64,000 nt of DNA, taken from positions 173,361 through 237,360 of the forward strand of contig CAKPXF010000001.1 of the NCBI GenBank assembly GCA_934201705.1, read 5' to 3'. Positions 1-9,896 of the stretch are shown here, in pieces. Made by a program: the position numbers and the translations under genes. The notes under the pieces are model-generated. The model was not told the origin of the DNA. It ran no database searches and saw only the letters and a program-made list of their open reading frames with translations. The number at the start of each line of letters is the position of its first letter. Within the stretch, counting starts at the first letter, position 1. Source of the DNA: an uncultured Bacilli bacterium (lineage in GTDB: Bacteria; Bacillota_I; Bacilli_A; RFN20; CAG-631).

Positions 1-1998
1 GATAAAGAATCATCATTTAAAATAAATGGTGATTCTTTCGCGTCTTTTTTAATTTGTAAAAATGACAATTCATTTATTTATAAAATAGATATAAATATTG
101 ACTTAAATAAAAAATATATTATTAGTAATGACTTTGCTGAAAAATGCAATTTAGAAATAAGATATTTTGTTAAGGATGAAGAATTTGACGAAATGTTTTA
201 TTATGATAAGAATGATTTAGGCGCAATATATAGTAAAAATAAAACAACCTTTAAGCTATGGGCGCCACTTGCAAGTAAGGTAGAACTAGCTTATGAAATT
301 AATAATCAAGAGTTTGTTGAAGAGATGGAATATCAAGAAAAAGGAGTGTTTCAAATATCAATTACTAAGGATTTGAAAAACGCTTTATATTATTATAAAG
401 TAACTAATAATGGTATAACCCATAATGTATGTGATCCTTATAGCTTTTCATCAACAGCTAATTCTAAAAAAAGTGCTGTTATTGATTTAAATGAATTTAG
501 TGATGAAAATATTACTTTACCACTTATCAATAATAGTACTGATTGTATAATTTATGAGGTTTCAATTAGAGATTTTTCAGCATCTGGTGAACTTGGAAAT
601 GATGTTAAAGGTAAATTTGATGCTTTTTTAAGGCATAATTTAAAAAGTAAAAATGATCATTCAATAGGGATTGACTATTTGAAGCAATTAGGTGTTAGTC
701 ATATTCAGTTTATGCCAGTTTTAGACTTTGTAACAGTTGATGAAGATGATGAGTTTAAAAAATATAATTGGGGCTATGATCCTTTTTGCTATAATGTTAT
801 TGAAGGCTCATTTTCTAAAAACCCCAATGACCCTTATTTAAGAATTAAGGAAATAAAAAATGTTATTAATGAGCTACATAAAAATAATTTAAGAGTAACA
901 TTTGATGTTGTTTTTAATCACACTTATTTCTTTAAAGAGTCTATTTACAACAAAATAGTACCAAATTATTTTTATTTAATGGATAGGAATGGTAATTTAT
1001 CTAATGGATCGTTTTGTGGCAATGATATAGATACCACAAAAAAAATGGTTTATAAATATTTAAAGGATATGGCTATTCGTTATGTTCAATTTTATAAAAT
1101 AGATGGCTATAGATATGATTTAATGGGAATTTTAAATAAGGATTTAATTATTGATATACATAACGAATGTAAAAAAATAAATCCTTCATTTATAAGCTAT
1201 GGCGAAGGCTGGAATATGCCAAGCTTTTTAAACGAATCATTAAGGGCGTCATTAAATAATGCAAATGAAATGAGTGATATATCTTTCTTTAATGATAAAT
1301 TTAGAGACATCGTTTCAGGTAAGGTAAATGCAGAAAGAGGCTTTTTAAACGGAAATACTAATCTTTTAGTACCATTTTTACATGTAATGCGTGGAAGTAT
1401 AGAAAATGATGGCTATTTTAATGAGGCCAAATCATCTATTAATTATGTTGAATGCCATGATAATTACACCTTATTTGATAAATTAAAAATAATTAATAAG
1501 GAATGTAGTGATGAAGAAAGAAATAATATTCAATTATGCTGTATTGCATCAACAATACTAGCTCAAGGAATTCCTTTTTTACATCAAGGCGTGGAGTTTA
1601 ACAGAAGCAAATTTGGTATTGAAAACTCTTATAATGCTAGTGACGATATTAACATGATAAGATGGAAAAATGTCGATATATATAATAGAAATATCAAAGC
1701 ATTAAAGGATTTTATTAAGATACGTAAGGAATTTAATTGCTTTAGATTAACAAACAGAAAGCAAATATTAAATTCAATTGATGGACAAATATTAAAAGAT
1801 GGAGTTTTAAAAATCACCTATGCAGTAAATGGAAGTATTGTTCTATTAATATTTAATGTACTTAATAAAACACAAATAATTGATTTAGATAATGAATATA
1901 TTTATTATGCCAACCAATGGGGTTATACAGATGAAAAGGATAAGCTTTATAAAATAGTAAAGCTATTACCATTTTCGTTTAATATGTTTATTAAATAA
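1..1998 (+). CDS. Type I pullulanase / GH13 debranching enzyme, 5'-partial (frame is open from nt 1; annotated ATG at 193 is internal)
   Basis: GH13 catalytic-core motifs (YNWGYDP, GYRYDLMG, EGWN, ECHDN); N-terminal CBM48-like segment; no stop codon in frame 1 upstream of nt 193. Confidence 0.8.
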   Translation, partial: DKESSFKINGDSFASFLICKNDNSFIYKIDINIDLNKKYIISNDFAEKCNLEIRYFVKDEEFDEMFYYDKNDLGAIYSKNKTTFKLWAPLASKVELAYEINNQEFVEEMEYQEKGVFQISITKDLKNALYYYKVTNNGITHNVCDPYSFSSTANSKKSAVIDLNEFSDENITLPLINNSTDCIIYEVSIRDFSASGELGNDVKGKFDAFLRHNLKSKNDHSIGIDYLKQLGVSHIQFMPVLDFVTVDEDDEFKKYNWGYDPFCYNVIEGSFSKNPNDPYLRIKEIKNVINELHKNNLRVTFDVVFNHTYFFKESIYNKIVPNYFYLMDRNGNLSNGSFCGNDIDTTKKMVYKYLKDMAIRYVQFYKIDGYRYDLMGILNKDLIIDIHNECKKINPSFISYGEGWNMPSFLNESLRASLNNANEMSDISFFNDKFRDIVSGKVNAERGFLNGNTNLLVPFLHVMRGSIENDGYFNEAKSSINYVECHDNYTLFDKLKIINKECSDEERNNIQLCCIASTILAQGIPFLHQGVEFNRSKFGIENSYNASDDINMIRWKNVDIYNRNIKALKDFIKIRKEFNCFRLTNRKQILNSIDGQILKDGVLKITYAVNGSIVLLIFNVLNKTQIIDLDNEYIYYANQWGYTDEKDKLYKIVKLLPFSFNMFIK

Positions 1999-2027
1999 TT
2001 GTTAAGCTTTATTAAGTGTGATATTAT
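1999..2027 (+). promoter_or_regulatory. Putative sigma-A promoter for trkA-trkH (TTGTTA-17 nt-TGaTATTAT, extended -10)
   Basis: Hexamers read directly: TTGTTA at 1999-2004, TG at 2019-2020, TATTAT at 2022-2027; 27 nt upstream of trkA RBS. Confidence 0.4.
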
Positions 2028-2054
2028 ACCTATAGTTTTATTGGAGATGAAAAT

Positions 2055-3413
2055 ATGAATATTGTAATAGTTGGATTAGGAAAATTCGGAATAGAGCTAA
2101 CTGAGCATTTATCTAAAGAAAATCATAATATCATTGTAATTGATACAAAACAATCAATTATTGAAGATATTGTTGGTCAATTTGATGTTAAGGGATATTG
2201 TGGGAATGGAGCCAGTTATTTAACACAAAAGGAAGCCTTTGATGGTAAAGATACTGATTTATTAATAGCTACAACTTCTACTGATGAAGCTAATATTTTA
2301 TGTTGTCTAGTTGCTAAAAAACTTGGTGTTAATCAAACAATTGCTCGTGTTAGAAATCCAGAATATGCCTTACAAGCTCAATTAATGCACAATGAACTTG
2401 GAATTAGTATGACTTTAAATCCTGATTTAGATACAGCAATAGAAATATTTAGAATTTTACGTTATCCTAGCGCTTTACAAGTCGAATCATTTGCTAATGG
2501 AAAGGTTGATTTGGTTGAAATTAAAATTGATGCTAATTCCTTATTAAAGGATACATCTTTAGTAAAAATTAAAGATAAATATAAAGTGAAAATTTTAATT
2601 TGTGCTGTTAAGCGTAATGAGGAAGTAATTATTCCTAATGGTGATTTTACTTTAAAAGAGGGCGATTATGTATATGTTACTGCTGATAGTAAAGAATTAG
2701 CTACAGCTTTTAAAAAGTTGAAGTTAGTACAAAGTAGGCTATCATCTACAATGATTATTGGTGGTGGAAAAATTACTTATTATTTAGCATCTATGCTACT
2801 TGAAAATAATATTTCTGTGAAAATCATTGAAAAGGATAAGAATATATGCAAGGTATTAAGTGAACTGCTCCCAAAGGCTTTAATTATAAATGGGGAAGGA
2901 ACTAATCAAAAATTATTATTATCTGAAGGAATTAGTGATGTTGATTCGACAGTTTCATTAACAGGAATGGACGAAACCAATATAGTTATCTCGTCATTTG
3001 CTAATACCTTAAATCTTAAAAAGGTTGTTACTAAAGTAAGCAATAGTAATTATGATTTGATTTTAAAAAATGTTGGCTTAGATATAGTAGTTTCTCCAAA
3101 GGAAATCTTTTCTTCTCATATAATTCGTTATGTTAGAGGGATGGCCAATACTTTAGATAGTGAATTTAAAACATTATATCGTTTAGTTGGAAACAAGGTA
3201 GAAGCTTTAGAATTTGTTATTTCAAAAGCTACAAGCTATACTTCTATTCCTTTAAAGGATTTGCATATTAAAAAGAACTATTTACTTGCTTGCATTATAA
3301 GAGAAAATCAAGTAATTATTCCAAGTGGTAAGGATACTCTTGAACCGCTAGATAGCGTTGTAATTGTTACAACTAATACATCATTAATGGATGTATCAGA
3401 AATATTGGAGTAA
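2055..3413 (+). CDS. trkA: Trk K+ uptake system NAD-binding subunit TrkA (two RCK N+C pairs)
   Basis: N-terminal Rossmann GLGKFG motif, duplicated RCK architecture, 452 aa; followed by trkH. Confidence 0.85.
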   Translation: MNIVIVGLGKFGIELTEHLSKENHNIIVIDTKQSIIEDIVGQFDVKGYCGNGASYLTQKEAFDGKDTDLLIATTSTDEANILCCLVAKKLGVNQTIARVRNPEYALQAQLMHNELGISMTLNPDLDTAIEIFRILRYPSALQVESFANGKVDLVEIKIDANSLLKDTSLVKIKDKYKVKILICAVKRNEEVIIPNGDFTLKEGDYVYVTADSKELATAFKKLKLVQSRLSSTMIIGGGKITYYLASMLLENNISVKIIEKDKNICKVLSELLPKALIINGEGTNQKLLLSEGISDVDSTVSLTGMDETNIVISSFANTLNLKKVVTKVSNSNYDLILKNVGLDIVVSPKEIFSSHIIRYVRGMANTLDSEFKTLYRLVGNKVEALEFVISKATSYTSIPLKDLHIKKNYLLACIIRENQVIIPSGKDTLEPLDSVVIVTTNTSLMDVSEILE

Positions 3414-3417
3414 TATT

Positions 3418-4890
3418 ATGAATTATAGGAAAATTTTTCAAACATTAGGGAATATTTTAAATATTGAAGCTGTATTAATGATTTTTCCTTTAATTGTTAC
3501 TTTAATATATAATGAATATGGTTATGTTTTATCTTTTGTAATACCTATTACAGTTTTATTAATTTTAGGAATTCTTTTAACTTTAAAGAAGCCAAAAAAA
3601 GAAGTAATGTATGCTAAGGATGGCTTTATAATAGTAGGATTATCTTGGGTTGTTTTATCTTTATTTGGTTGTTTGCCATTCGTTTTAAATAATGTTAGTG
3701 AAACTAAATTAAGCTTTATTGATGCCTTCTTTGAAATTGTATCAGGCTTTACTACAACAGGAGCTAGTGTTATAACAAATGTTGATGTGTGGTATGAAAA
3801 AGCAAAAGGCTTATTATTTTGGCGAAGCTTTTCCCACTGGATTGGAGGAATGGGAGTTCTTGTTTTCTTTTTAGCAATTCTTCCAAAGTCAGATGGGCAA
3901 AGTATTTTCATTTTAAAAGCTGAATCAACTGGACCTCAGGTTGGAAAACTAGTGTCAAAGATTAAAGTGACAGCTAGAATTTTGTATTTAATTTATTTTG
4001 CATTAACTGTTATTGAAATAATGTTTTTAACAATTGATATGCCATTTTATGATGCAATAGTTAATTCTTTTTCAACAGCTGGAACTGGTGGATTTGGTAT
4101 AAGAAGTAAAAGTATTGGCTATTATAGTACTTATTCACAAATTGTAATTGCAATATTTATGCTAGTATTTGGCGTAAATTTTAATATTTATTATTTATTA
4201 ATAGCTAAAAAAGCTAAGCAAGCCTTAAAAAGCGAAGAGCTATGGTGGTATTTAGGAATTGTATTTGTAAGTATAGTTTCAATTGCTATTAATATTCATA
4301 CATTAATGCCAAATGTCTATAGTTCATTAGCTTTAGCTTTTAAGGATTCATTATTTCAGGTGTCTTCAATTATTACAACCACCGGCTTTGCAACAGCAAG
4401 TTTTGAAAATTGGCCAATGCTTTCACAAACAATTTTATTTATTTTGATGTTTATTGGAGGGTGCGCTGGTTCAACGGCTGGTGGAATTAAGGTGACAAGA
4501 ATAGTTATATTATTAAAATCATTTAAAAGGGAAATTATAAAGGTTATTCACCCAAATAGTGTTTTAAATATTCGCTTTGAAGGAAGCACTATTGATGATG
4601 AGGTAGTAAAGGGAGTAACTAATTATTTTGGCTTAATAATGACTTTGCTTAGCGTTGGCTTACTAATACTATCCTTTGATAATTTTGATTTTGTGACAAA
4701 TTTAACTGCTATAACTACATGCATTAATAATGTTGGGCCAGGGCTTGGAAGAGTAATTGGAACACAAGGAAGTTTTGCATCTTTTAGTGTCTTATCAAAG
4801 ATAGTCTTATCAATAGCAATGCTAATTGGTAGACTTGAAATATATCCAATATTAATTTTATTTAATATAAAAGTTTGGTTAAAAAAGTAA
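3418..4890 (+). CDS. trkH: Trk/Ktr K+ transporter membrane subunit TrkH
   Basis: Polytopic membrane protein with repeated selectivity-filter-like TTTG/TGFAT segments; RBS GGAG 8 nt before ATG 3418 (ORF-track start 3391 lacks RBS). Confidence 0.85.
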   Translation: MNYRKIFQTLGNILNIEAVLMIFPLIVTLIYNEYGYVLSFVIPITVLLILGILLTLKKPKKEVMYAKDGFIIVGLSWVVLSLFGCLPFVLNNVSETKLSFIDAFFEIVSGFTTTGASVITNVDVWYEKAKGLLFWRSFSHWIGGMGVLVFFLAILPKSDGQSIFILKAESTGPQVGKLVSKIKVTARILYLIYFALTVIEIMFLTIDMPFYDAIVNSFSTAGTGGFGIRSKSIGYYSTYSQIVIAIFMLVFGVNFNIYYLLIAKKAKQALKSEELWWYLGIVFVSIVSIAINIHTLMPNVYSSLALAFKDSLFQVSSIITTTGFATASFENWPMLSQTILFILMFIGGCAGSTAGGIKVTRIVILLKSFKREIIKVIHPNSVLNIRFEGSTIDDEVVKGVTNYFGLIMTLLSVGLLILSFDNFDFVTNLTAITTCINNVGPGLGRVIGTQGSFASFSVLSKIVLSIAMLIGRLEIYPILILFNIKVWLKK

Positions 4891-4981
4891 TAAGAAGAGT
4901 ACAGCTTGATAGTTGTGCTTTTTCTTTTTGCGTCAAAATTTGTTGTTTCCTAGAATTTTATAAATAATAATTAAAAATATA

Positions 4982-5012
4982 TTAACAAACACATATCAAA
5001 ATATGATATAAT
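4982..5012 (+). promoter_or_regulatory. Possible promoter in long leader of the oxaloacetate decarboxylase operon (TTAACA ... TGaTATAAT)
   Basis: TTAACA 4982-4987 and extended -10 TGaTATAAT 5004-5012; spacer 19 nt is longer than optimal. Confidence 0.2.
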
Positions 5013-5151
5013 TAATTTGATTTTGGGTTTGTTTTAAGAACCTAAAATTAAATTGCGATTTTACAAAATTAATCGTAAAAAAAGATAATAAAATTATCTT
5101 TAAATAAACAATATGCTTAACTTAAAGCATATGCATAAATAAGGAGGAACT

Positions 5152-6534
5152 ATGGGAGTTAAAATTGTTGAAACAAGTTTACGTGATGGGCACCAATCTT
5201 TATTTGCAACAAGAATGACAACTGAAGAGGTTGTACGTCTTGCTAAAGTGCTTGATAACGCAAATTATTACGCCCTTGAGGTTTGGGGCGGTGCAACATT
5301 TGATGCTTGTCTAAGATTTTTGAATGAGGATCCATGGGAAAGACTTAGAAAAGTAAGAGAAGTTTGCAAAAAAACTAAACTACAAATGTTGTTTAGAGGG
5401 CAAAACATTTTAGGGTATCGTCATTATTCTGATGATGTTGTTGATATGTTTTGCAAAAAGTCTATTGAAAATGGTATTGATATTATCCGTGTATTTGATG
5501 CTTTAAATGATATTAGAAATTTAAAGCAAGCTGTAATTTCTACTAAAAAGTATGGTGGTGAATGTCAAATTGCTTTATCATATACTACATCACCAGTTCA
5601 TACAATTGATTATTATGTAAGCCTTGCTAAGGAAGTTGAAGCATTAGGCGCTGACTCTTTATGTATTAAAGATATGGCTGGTGTATTAACTCCACAAGAT
5701 GCAAAAAAATTAATTACTGCTTTAAAGAAAAATACAAAGCTTCCAATTGAATTACATTCACATTGTACTGGTGGTATTTGTGAAATGACTTATCTTGAAG
5801 CAATTAAAGCAGGAGTTGATATTATAGATACTTGCTTATCTCCATTATCAGGTGGTACAGCTCAACCTTCAACACAAGCCTTTAATGTTGCTTTAAAGGG
5901 AACTAAGTATGATCCTAATTTAAACATGGATGCTATACATGAGGCAGAACCATTAATGGAACAAATTCGTGCCAAGTATGTTGCTAATGGTTTATTAAAT
6001 CCAAAAGCATTGTCAGTTAATCCTAACATCTTAACTTATCAAGTTCCAGGTGGAATGCTTTCAAACTTAATGAATCAATTAAAGGGGCAAAATGCATTAG
6101 ATAAATATGATGATGTTTTAAAAGAAGTGCCTCGTGTTAGAAAAGATATGGGTTATCCACCACTTGTAACACCATTATCACAAATGGTTGGCACTCAAGC
6201 GGTTTTAAATATTTTATCTAATGAAAGATATAAAATGGTTGCTAAGGAAATTAAAGATTATCTTCATGGTAAATATGGTAAAGCACCATCACCAGTTAAT
6301 GAAGAAGTTAAGCATAAGATTATTGGTGATGACGAAGTAATTACTTGTAGGCCAGCAGATTTATTAGAACCAGAATTTGAAAAATTAAAAGAAAAATATA
6401 AAGATATTGCTAAATGTGATGAGGACGTATTATCACTTGCATTATTTGAAAATGTTGCTCTTGAATTTTTAAAGAAAAAATATTCTCCTACACCTACAGA
6501 GGATGAGGTAGAAGAATTTAATGTAATATTATAA
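5152..6534 (+). CDS. oadA: Oxaloacetate decarboxylase alpha subunit (carboxyltransferase 5S/PycB-type), no biotinyl domain
   Basis: Pyruvate-carboxyltransferase TIM-barrel motifs (VETSLRDGHQS, HSHCTGG); 460 aa ends without AMKM biotinylation motif; strong RBS AGGAGG. Confidence 0.8.
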   Translation: MGVKIVETSLRDGHQSLFATRMTTEEVVRLAKVLDNANYYALEVWGGATFDACLRFLNEDPWERLRKVREVCKKTKLQMLFRGQNILGYRHYSDDVVDMFCKKSIENGIDIIRVFDALNDIRNLKQAVISTKKYGGECQIALSYTTSPVHTIDYYVSLAKEVEALGADSLCIKDMAGVLTPQDAKKLITALKKNTKLPIELHSHCTGGICEMTYLEAIKAGVDIIDTCLSPLSGGTAQPSTQAFNVALKGTKYDPNLNMDAIHEAEPLMEQIRAKYVANGLLNPKALSVNPNILTYQVPGGMLSNLMNQLKGQNALDKYDDVLKEVPRVRKDMGYPPLVTPLSQMVGTQAVLNILSNERYKMVAKEIKDYLHGKYGKAPSPVNEEVKHKIIGDDEVITCRPADLLEPEFEKLKEKYKDIAKCDEDVLSLALFENVALEFLKKKYSPTPTEDEVEEFNVIL

Positions 6535-6545
6535 GGAGGGGCAAT

Positions 6546-6875
6546 ATGAATTATTTAGCTATATTAGATGGTTCAAAAGAAGGCGTTGAAGCATTAGGCG
6601 AAGGGGCTTTATGTGCTTTAGTTGCAATTTTAATTGTGTTTTCTGTATTAGCTGTTATTATTTTAGTTTCAAATTTAGTTTCCCTTGCTATAAATAGTAA
6701 AAAGGAAACTAAAGCAGAAGTTACTAATAATAGTAATAATAATGTTGTAACAAATACAACAACAGTTGATTATAATGATGAAGATGTAATGGCAGCTATT
6801 TTGGTTGCAACAATTGATTATCGTAATGAAATTAAAAAAGACGTTAAAGTTATTAATGTAAGAGAGGTAAAATAA
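6546..6875 (+). CDS. oadG: Oxaloacetate decarboxylase gamma subunit (OadG-like small membrane anchor)
   Basis: 109 aa, single N-terminal TM helix then polar Asn/Thr-rich linker; positioned between alpha and biotin carrier. Confidence 0.55.
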   Translation: MNYLAILDGSKEGVEALGEGALCALVAILIVFSVLAVIILVSNLVSLAINSKKETKAEVTNNSNNNVVTNTTTVDYNDEDVMAAILVATIDYRNEIKKDVKVINVREVK

Positions 6876-6876
6876 A

Positions 6877-7224
6877 ATGAAAAAGTATAGAGTAAAAGTT
6901 AATGGAAAAGTATTTGAAGTAGAACTTGAAGCAGTAGAAAATGCAAATGGATCAGTAACTGCTACACCTAGTGCAACTACAGTTAGTGCACCAGTATCTG
7001 CAAGCACAGCAGGCGCTACAATTTTAGCTCCAATTGGTGGAAAAATTGTTGATATTACTGTTAAGGTTGGAGATTTTGTTAAAAAAGGTCAAACTGTTGC
7101 TGTAATTGAAGCTATGAAACTTGAAAATGAAGTTCCTGCAACTGTTGAAGGTAAAGTAGTTGAAATTAAAGTAAGCAAAGGAAATACTGTAAACAATAAA
7201 GATGTACTTATTGTTTTAGGATAA
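6877..7224 (+). CDS. Biotin carboxyl carrier protein / biotinyl domain subunit of the decarboxylase
   Basis: 115 aa with Ala/Pro/Ser linker and biotinyl-lysine motif IEAMKLENEV. Confidence 0.8.
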   Translation: MKKYRVKVNGKVFEVELEAVENANGSVTATPSATTVSAPVSASTAGATILAPIGGKIVDITVKVGDFVKKGQTVAVIEAMKLENEVPATVEGKVVEIKVSKGNTVNNKDVLIVLG

Positions 7225-7228
7225 TACT

Positions 7229-8428
7229 ATGGGTAAGTTTGTAGATATTATAAAATCATTTTTAGAAAGCACTGGCTTTGTTTCTTGGTTTACAGGAAAT
7301 GGCTGGATGAATCTAATAATGATTTTAGTAGGCTTAGTATTCTTATACTTAGCTTTGAAAAAGAATTTTGAACCTTATTTGTTAATACCAATTGCTTTTG
7401 GTATTATTCTTGTAAATTTATACCCTGGAATTTATGCTACATATAATGAACATGGTGAAATGGTATCAAGAGGATTACTTGGCTATCTTCATTTAGGTGT
7501 TGAATGTGAATTATATCCATGTCTAATTTTCTTAGGAATTGGTGCAACAACTGATTTTGGACCATTAATTGCTAATAAAAAGACTATGTTACTTGGTGCT
7601 GCTGCTCAGCTTGGTATCTTTGGCGCTTTCCTTGGAGCTTTAGCTTTAGGCTTTAATGCTTTTGAAGCAAGTTCAATTGGAATTATCGGTGGTGCTGATG
7701 GACCAACTGCTATTTTAGTATCATCAAGAATGCTTGGAACTTGGGAAAAAATTGCTCCAACTATTGGTGGAACTTATGTTAATTATCAACCTGCAATTGC
7801 TTTAGCAGCATATTCTTACATGGCTTTAGTACCAATTATTTTTCCACCAATTATTCGTTTATTTACAACAAAAAAAGAAAGACTTATTAAGATGGAACAA
7901 TTAAGAGAGGTTTCTAAAAAGGAAAAGATTTTATTCCCTATTATTGTTACATTAATTGTTTGCTTAATCGTTCCAGCAGCTACTCCATTAATTGGCTGCT
8001 TAATGCTTGGTAACTTAATTAAGGAATCTGGCGTAGTACCAAATCTTGTAAATACTATTGCTAACTCATTATTATATATTTGTACAATTTTACTAGGCTT
8101 ATCAGTTGGAGCTACTGCTATTGGTAGTACATTCTTAACTGCTCAAACATTATATATCTTTGCTTTAGGTATTTGTGCATTTATTATTTCTGCAATTGGC
8201 GGCTTGCTTGGCGGTAAATTAATGTGTGTATTAACTCATGGTAAGGTTAACCCTATGATTGGTGCAGCTGGTGTTAGTGCTGTTCCAATGGCTGCTCGTG
8301 TAGTTCAAAAGGAAGGACAAAGAGAAGATCCTTCAAACTTCTTATTAATGCATGCAATGGGACCAAATGTTGCTGGTGTAATTGGTAGTGCTATTGCAGC
8401 AGGTATTTTAATGTCTTTATTCTTATAA
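7229..8428 (+). CDS. oadB: Na+-translocating decarboxylase beta subunit (OadB/GcdB/MmdB family)
   Basis: 399 aa polytopic membrane protein with conserved OadB segments (GIIGGADGPTAI, MGPNVAGVIGSA). Confidence 0.85.
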   Translation: MGKFVDIIKSFLESTGFVSWFTGNGWMNLIMILVGLVFLYLALKKNFEPYLLIPIAFGIILVNLYPGIYATYNEHGEMVSRGLLGYLHLGVECELYPCLIFLGIGATTDFGPLIANKKTMLLGAAAQLGIFGAFLGALALGFNAFEASSIGIIGGADGPTAILVSSRMLGTWEKIAPTIGGTYVNYQPAIALAAYSYMALVPIIFPPIIRLFTTKKERLIKMEQLREVSKKEKILFPIIVTLIVCLIVPAATPLIGCLMLGNLIKESGVVPNLVNTIANSLLYICTILLGLSVGATAIGSTFLTAQTLYIFALGICAFIISAIGGLLGGKLMCVLTHGKVNPMIGAAGVSAVPMAARVVQKEGQREDPSNFLLMHAMGPNVAGVIGSAIAAGILMSLFL

Positions 8429-8432
8429 TTTT

Positions 8433-9677
8433 ATGAATAAGAAAGTAATTAAAGATATCTCAATTAGTGCTTTATACATAGCACTATTAATAGTGGGATC
8501 ATATATTTCAATCCCTGTTGGATATATTAAATTTACTTTACAATTATTAGTCGTATTTGTAATTGCAAATACGACTTCTTTAAAAAATGGTATAGTAATT
8601 TTAACACTTTATATTCTAATGGGCTTAATAGGTATACCAGTATTTGCTAATTTTCAGGGTGGAATTTATTATGCAATTAGCCCAACATTTGGCTTTGTTG
8701 TTGGCTTTTATGTTGTAATTATTATTATTCATTTATTAAAGGCTAAAAATTTTATTCAAACGGTTATAAGTTTTGTTGTTTCTTTAGTGGCTTTATATAT
8801 AATTGGTGTAGCCTATGGTGCATTTACATTAAATATTTTAGGTGATAAAGGATATGATTTCCATAAATTAATGATGACATTTGTAGTACCTTATATTCCA
8901 TTTGATTTATTGAAAATTGTTGCTGCTATAGTTGTTAGTAATCGCGTAAATGACTATAATAAAAGATACATTCATTTTGATTCTATCGATTCAACTAATA
9001 CATATTTAAAAAATCATTATAAGGAGTTAAGGAACTTAACATTTGTTTCTGCAAGCTATCAAAGCCAAGGACATGGCAGAATGAAAAGAAATTGGCAAAG
9101 CAATAAAAATGAAAATTTGATGTTTTCATTTTTAATAAAAAATCCAAAATTGATTAATGAATTTTCAAGTATTTCATTAGTTAGTGGTGTTGCTGTTAGT
9201 AAAGTATTAATAAAACTAAAACTTCCTAATGTCACTATTAAATGGCCAAATGATGTTTATGTTGATGATAAAAAGATTTGTGGTATTTTAATGGAAAGCA
9301 TTTCAAATGAATCCTCATTAGATTGCTTAGTTGTTGGAATTGGTATTAATTTAAATACTAAAGAATTTGATGATGAGTTAAAAGATAAAGCAACAAGCTA
9401 TTATTTATTAAAAAACAAAAAGATTTCTATTTTAAAGGTTAAATTAAAAGTATATCATCAGATCAAAAAAGAACTAAAGCATATTGATGATAAAAAATAT
9501 TTAGAATTCTTTAAAGAACATAATTATTTAAAGGATAAGGAAGCTTATATATTATTAAATGATGAAAAGAAGCTTGTAAAAATTCTTGATGTAAATGAAG
9601 ATAATACCTTAAAAATATTATGTGATAATAAGGAAATGAACATTAATTCAGGTGAAGTAACATTTCATTTAAATTAA
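8433..9677 (+). CDS. birA: Fusion protein: BioY biotin transporter (ECF S-component) N-terminal + biotin--[acetyl-CoA-carboxylase] ligase BirA C-terminal (no HTH)
   Basis: First ~180 aa are six-TM BioY-like; C-terminal half has BirA catalytic motif GHGRMKRNW (GRGRxGRxW) and KWPNDVYV. Confidence 0.7.
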   Translation: MNKKVIKDISISALYIALLIVGSYISIPVGYIKFTLQLLVVFVIANTTSLKNGIVILTLYILMGLIGIPVFANFQGGIYYAISPTFGFVVGFYVVIIIIHLLKAKNFIQTVISFVVSLVALYIIGVAYGAFTLNILGDKGYDFHKLMMTFVVPYIPFDLLKIVAAIVVSNRVNDYNKRYIHFDSIDSTNTYLKNHYKELRNLTFVSASYQSQGHGRMKRNWQSNKNENLMFSFLIKNPKLINEFSSISLVSGVAVSKVLIKLKLPNVTIKWPNDVYVDDKKICGILMESISNESSLDCLVVGIGINLNTKEFDDELKDKATSYYLLKNKKISILKVKLKVYHQIKKELKHIDDKKYLEFFKEHNYLKDKEAYILLNDEKKLVKILDVNEDNTLKILCDNKEMNINSGEVTFHLN

Positions 9678-9896
9678 AAAGGTTGTAGGCTATTACGTAT
9701 AAATGTAGTAGTTTACAACTTTTTAGTTTTATAATAATTTTTGTTAATGCTTTTAAAGATGTATTTTTTTAATTTGCTATTGTTGAATTATATTATTATT
9801 TTATTATATAATCTAAGTGCATTATAGCAGTTGAAAAAATATACTTAATTTAATTATTTTATAAGAATTAATCTTTTTATAAAAAAGGAGCAAATT

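Noticed and set aside
1629-1817. Short minus-strand ORFs overlapping pullulanase, trkH (3522-3911), oadG/BCCP (6675-7007), clpB (16198-16392, 17359-17745, 17812-17997), dnaX (33897-34088, 34459-34779), hpf (40642-40971), spoVAD (52168-52359) and others
   Set aside because: All lie antisense within strongly supported genes, lack RBS and have low-complexity translations typical of AT-rich antisense frames.
9678-9896. Possible terminator hairpin after birA (aaaaggttgta…tacaactttt)
   Set aside because: Stem is only 6 bp with one mismatch and a 25-nt loop; too weak to call.
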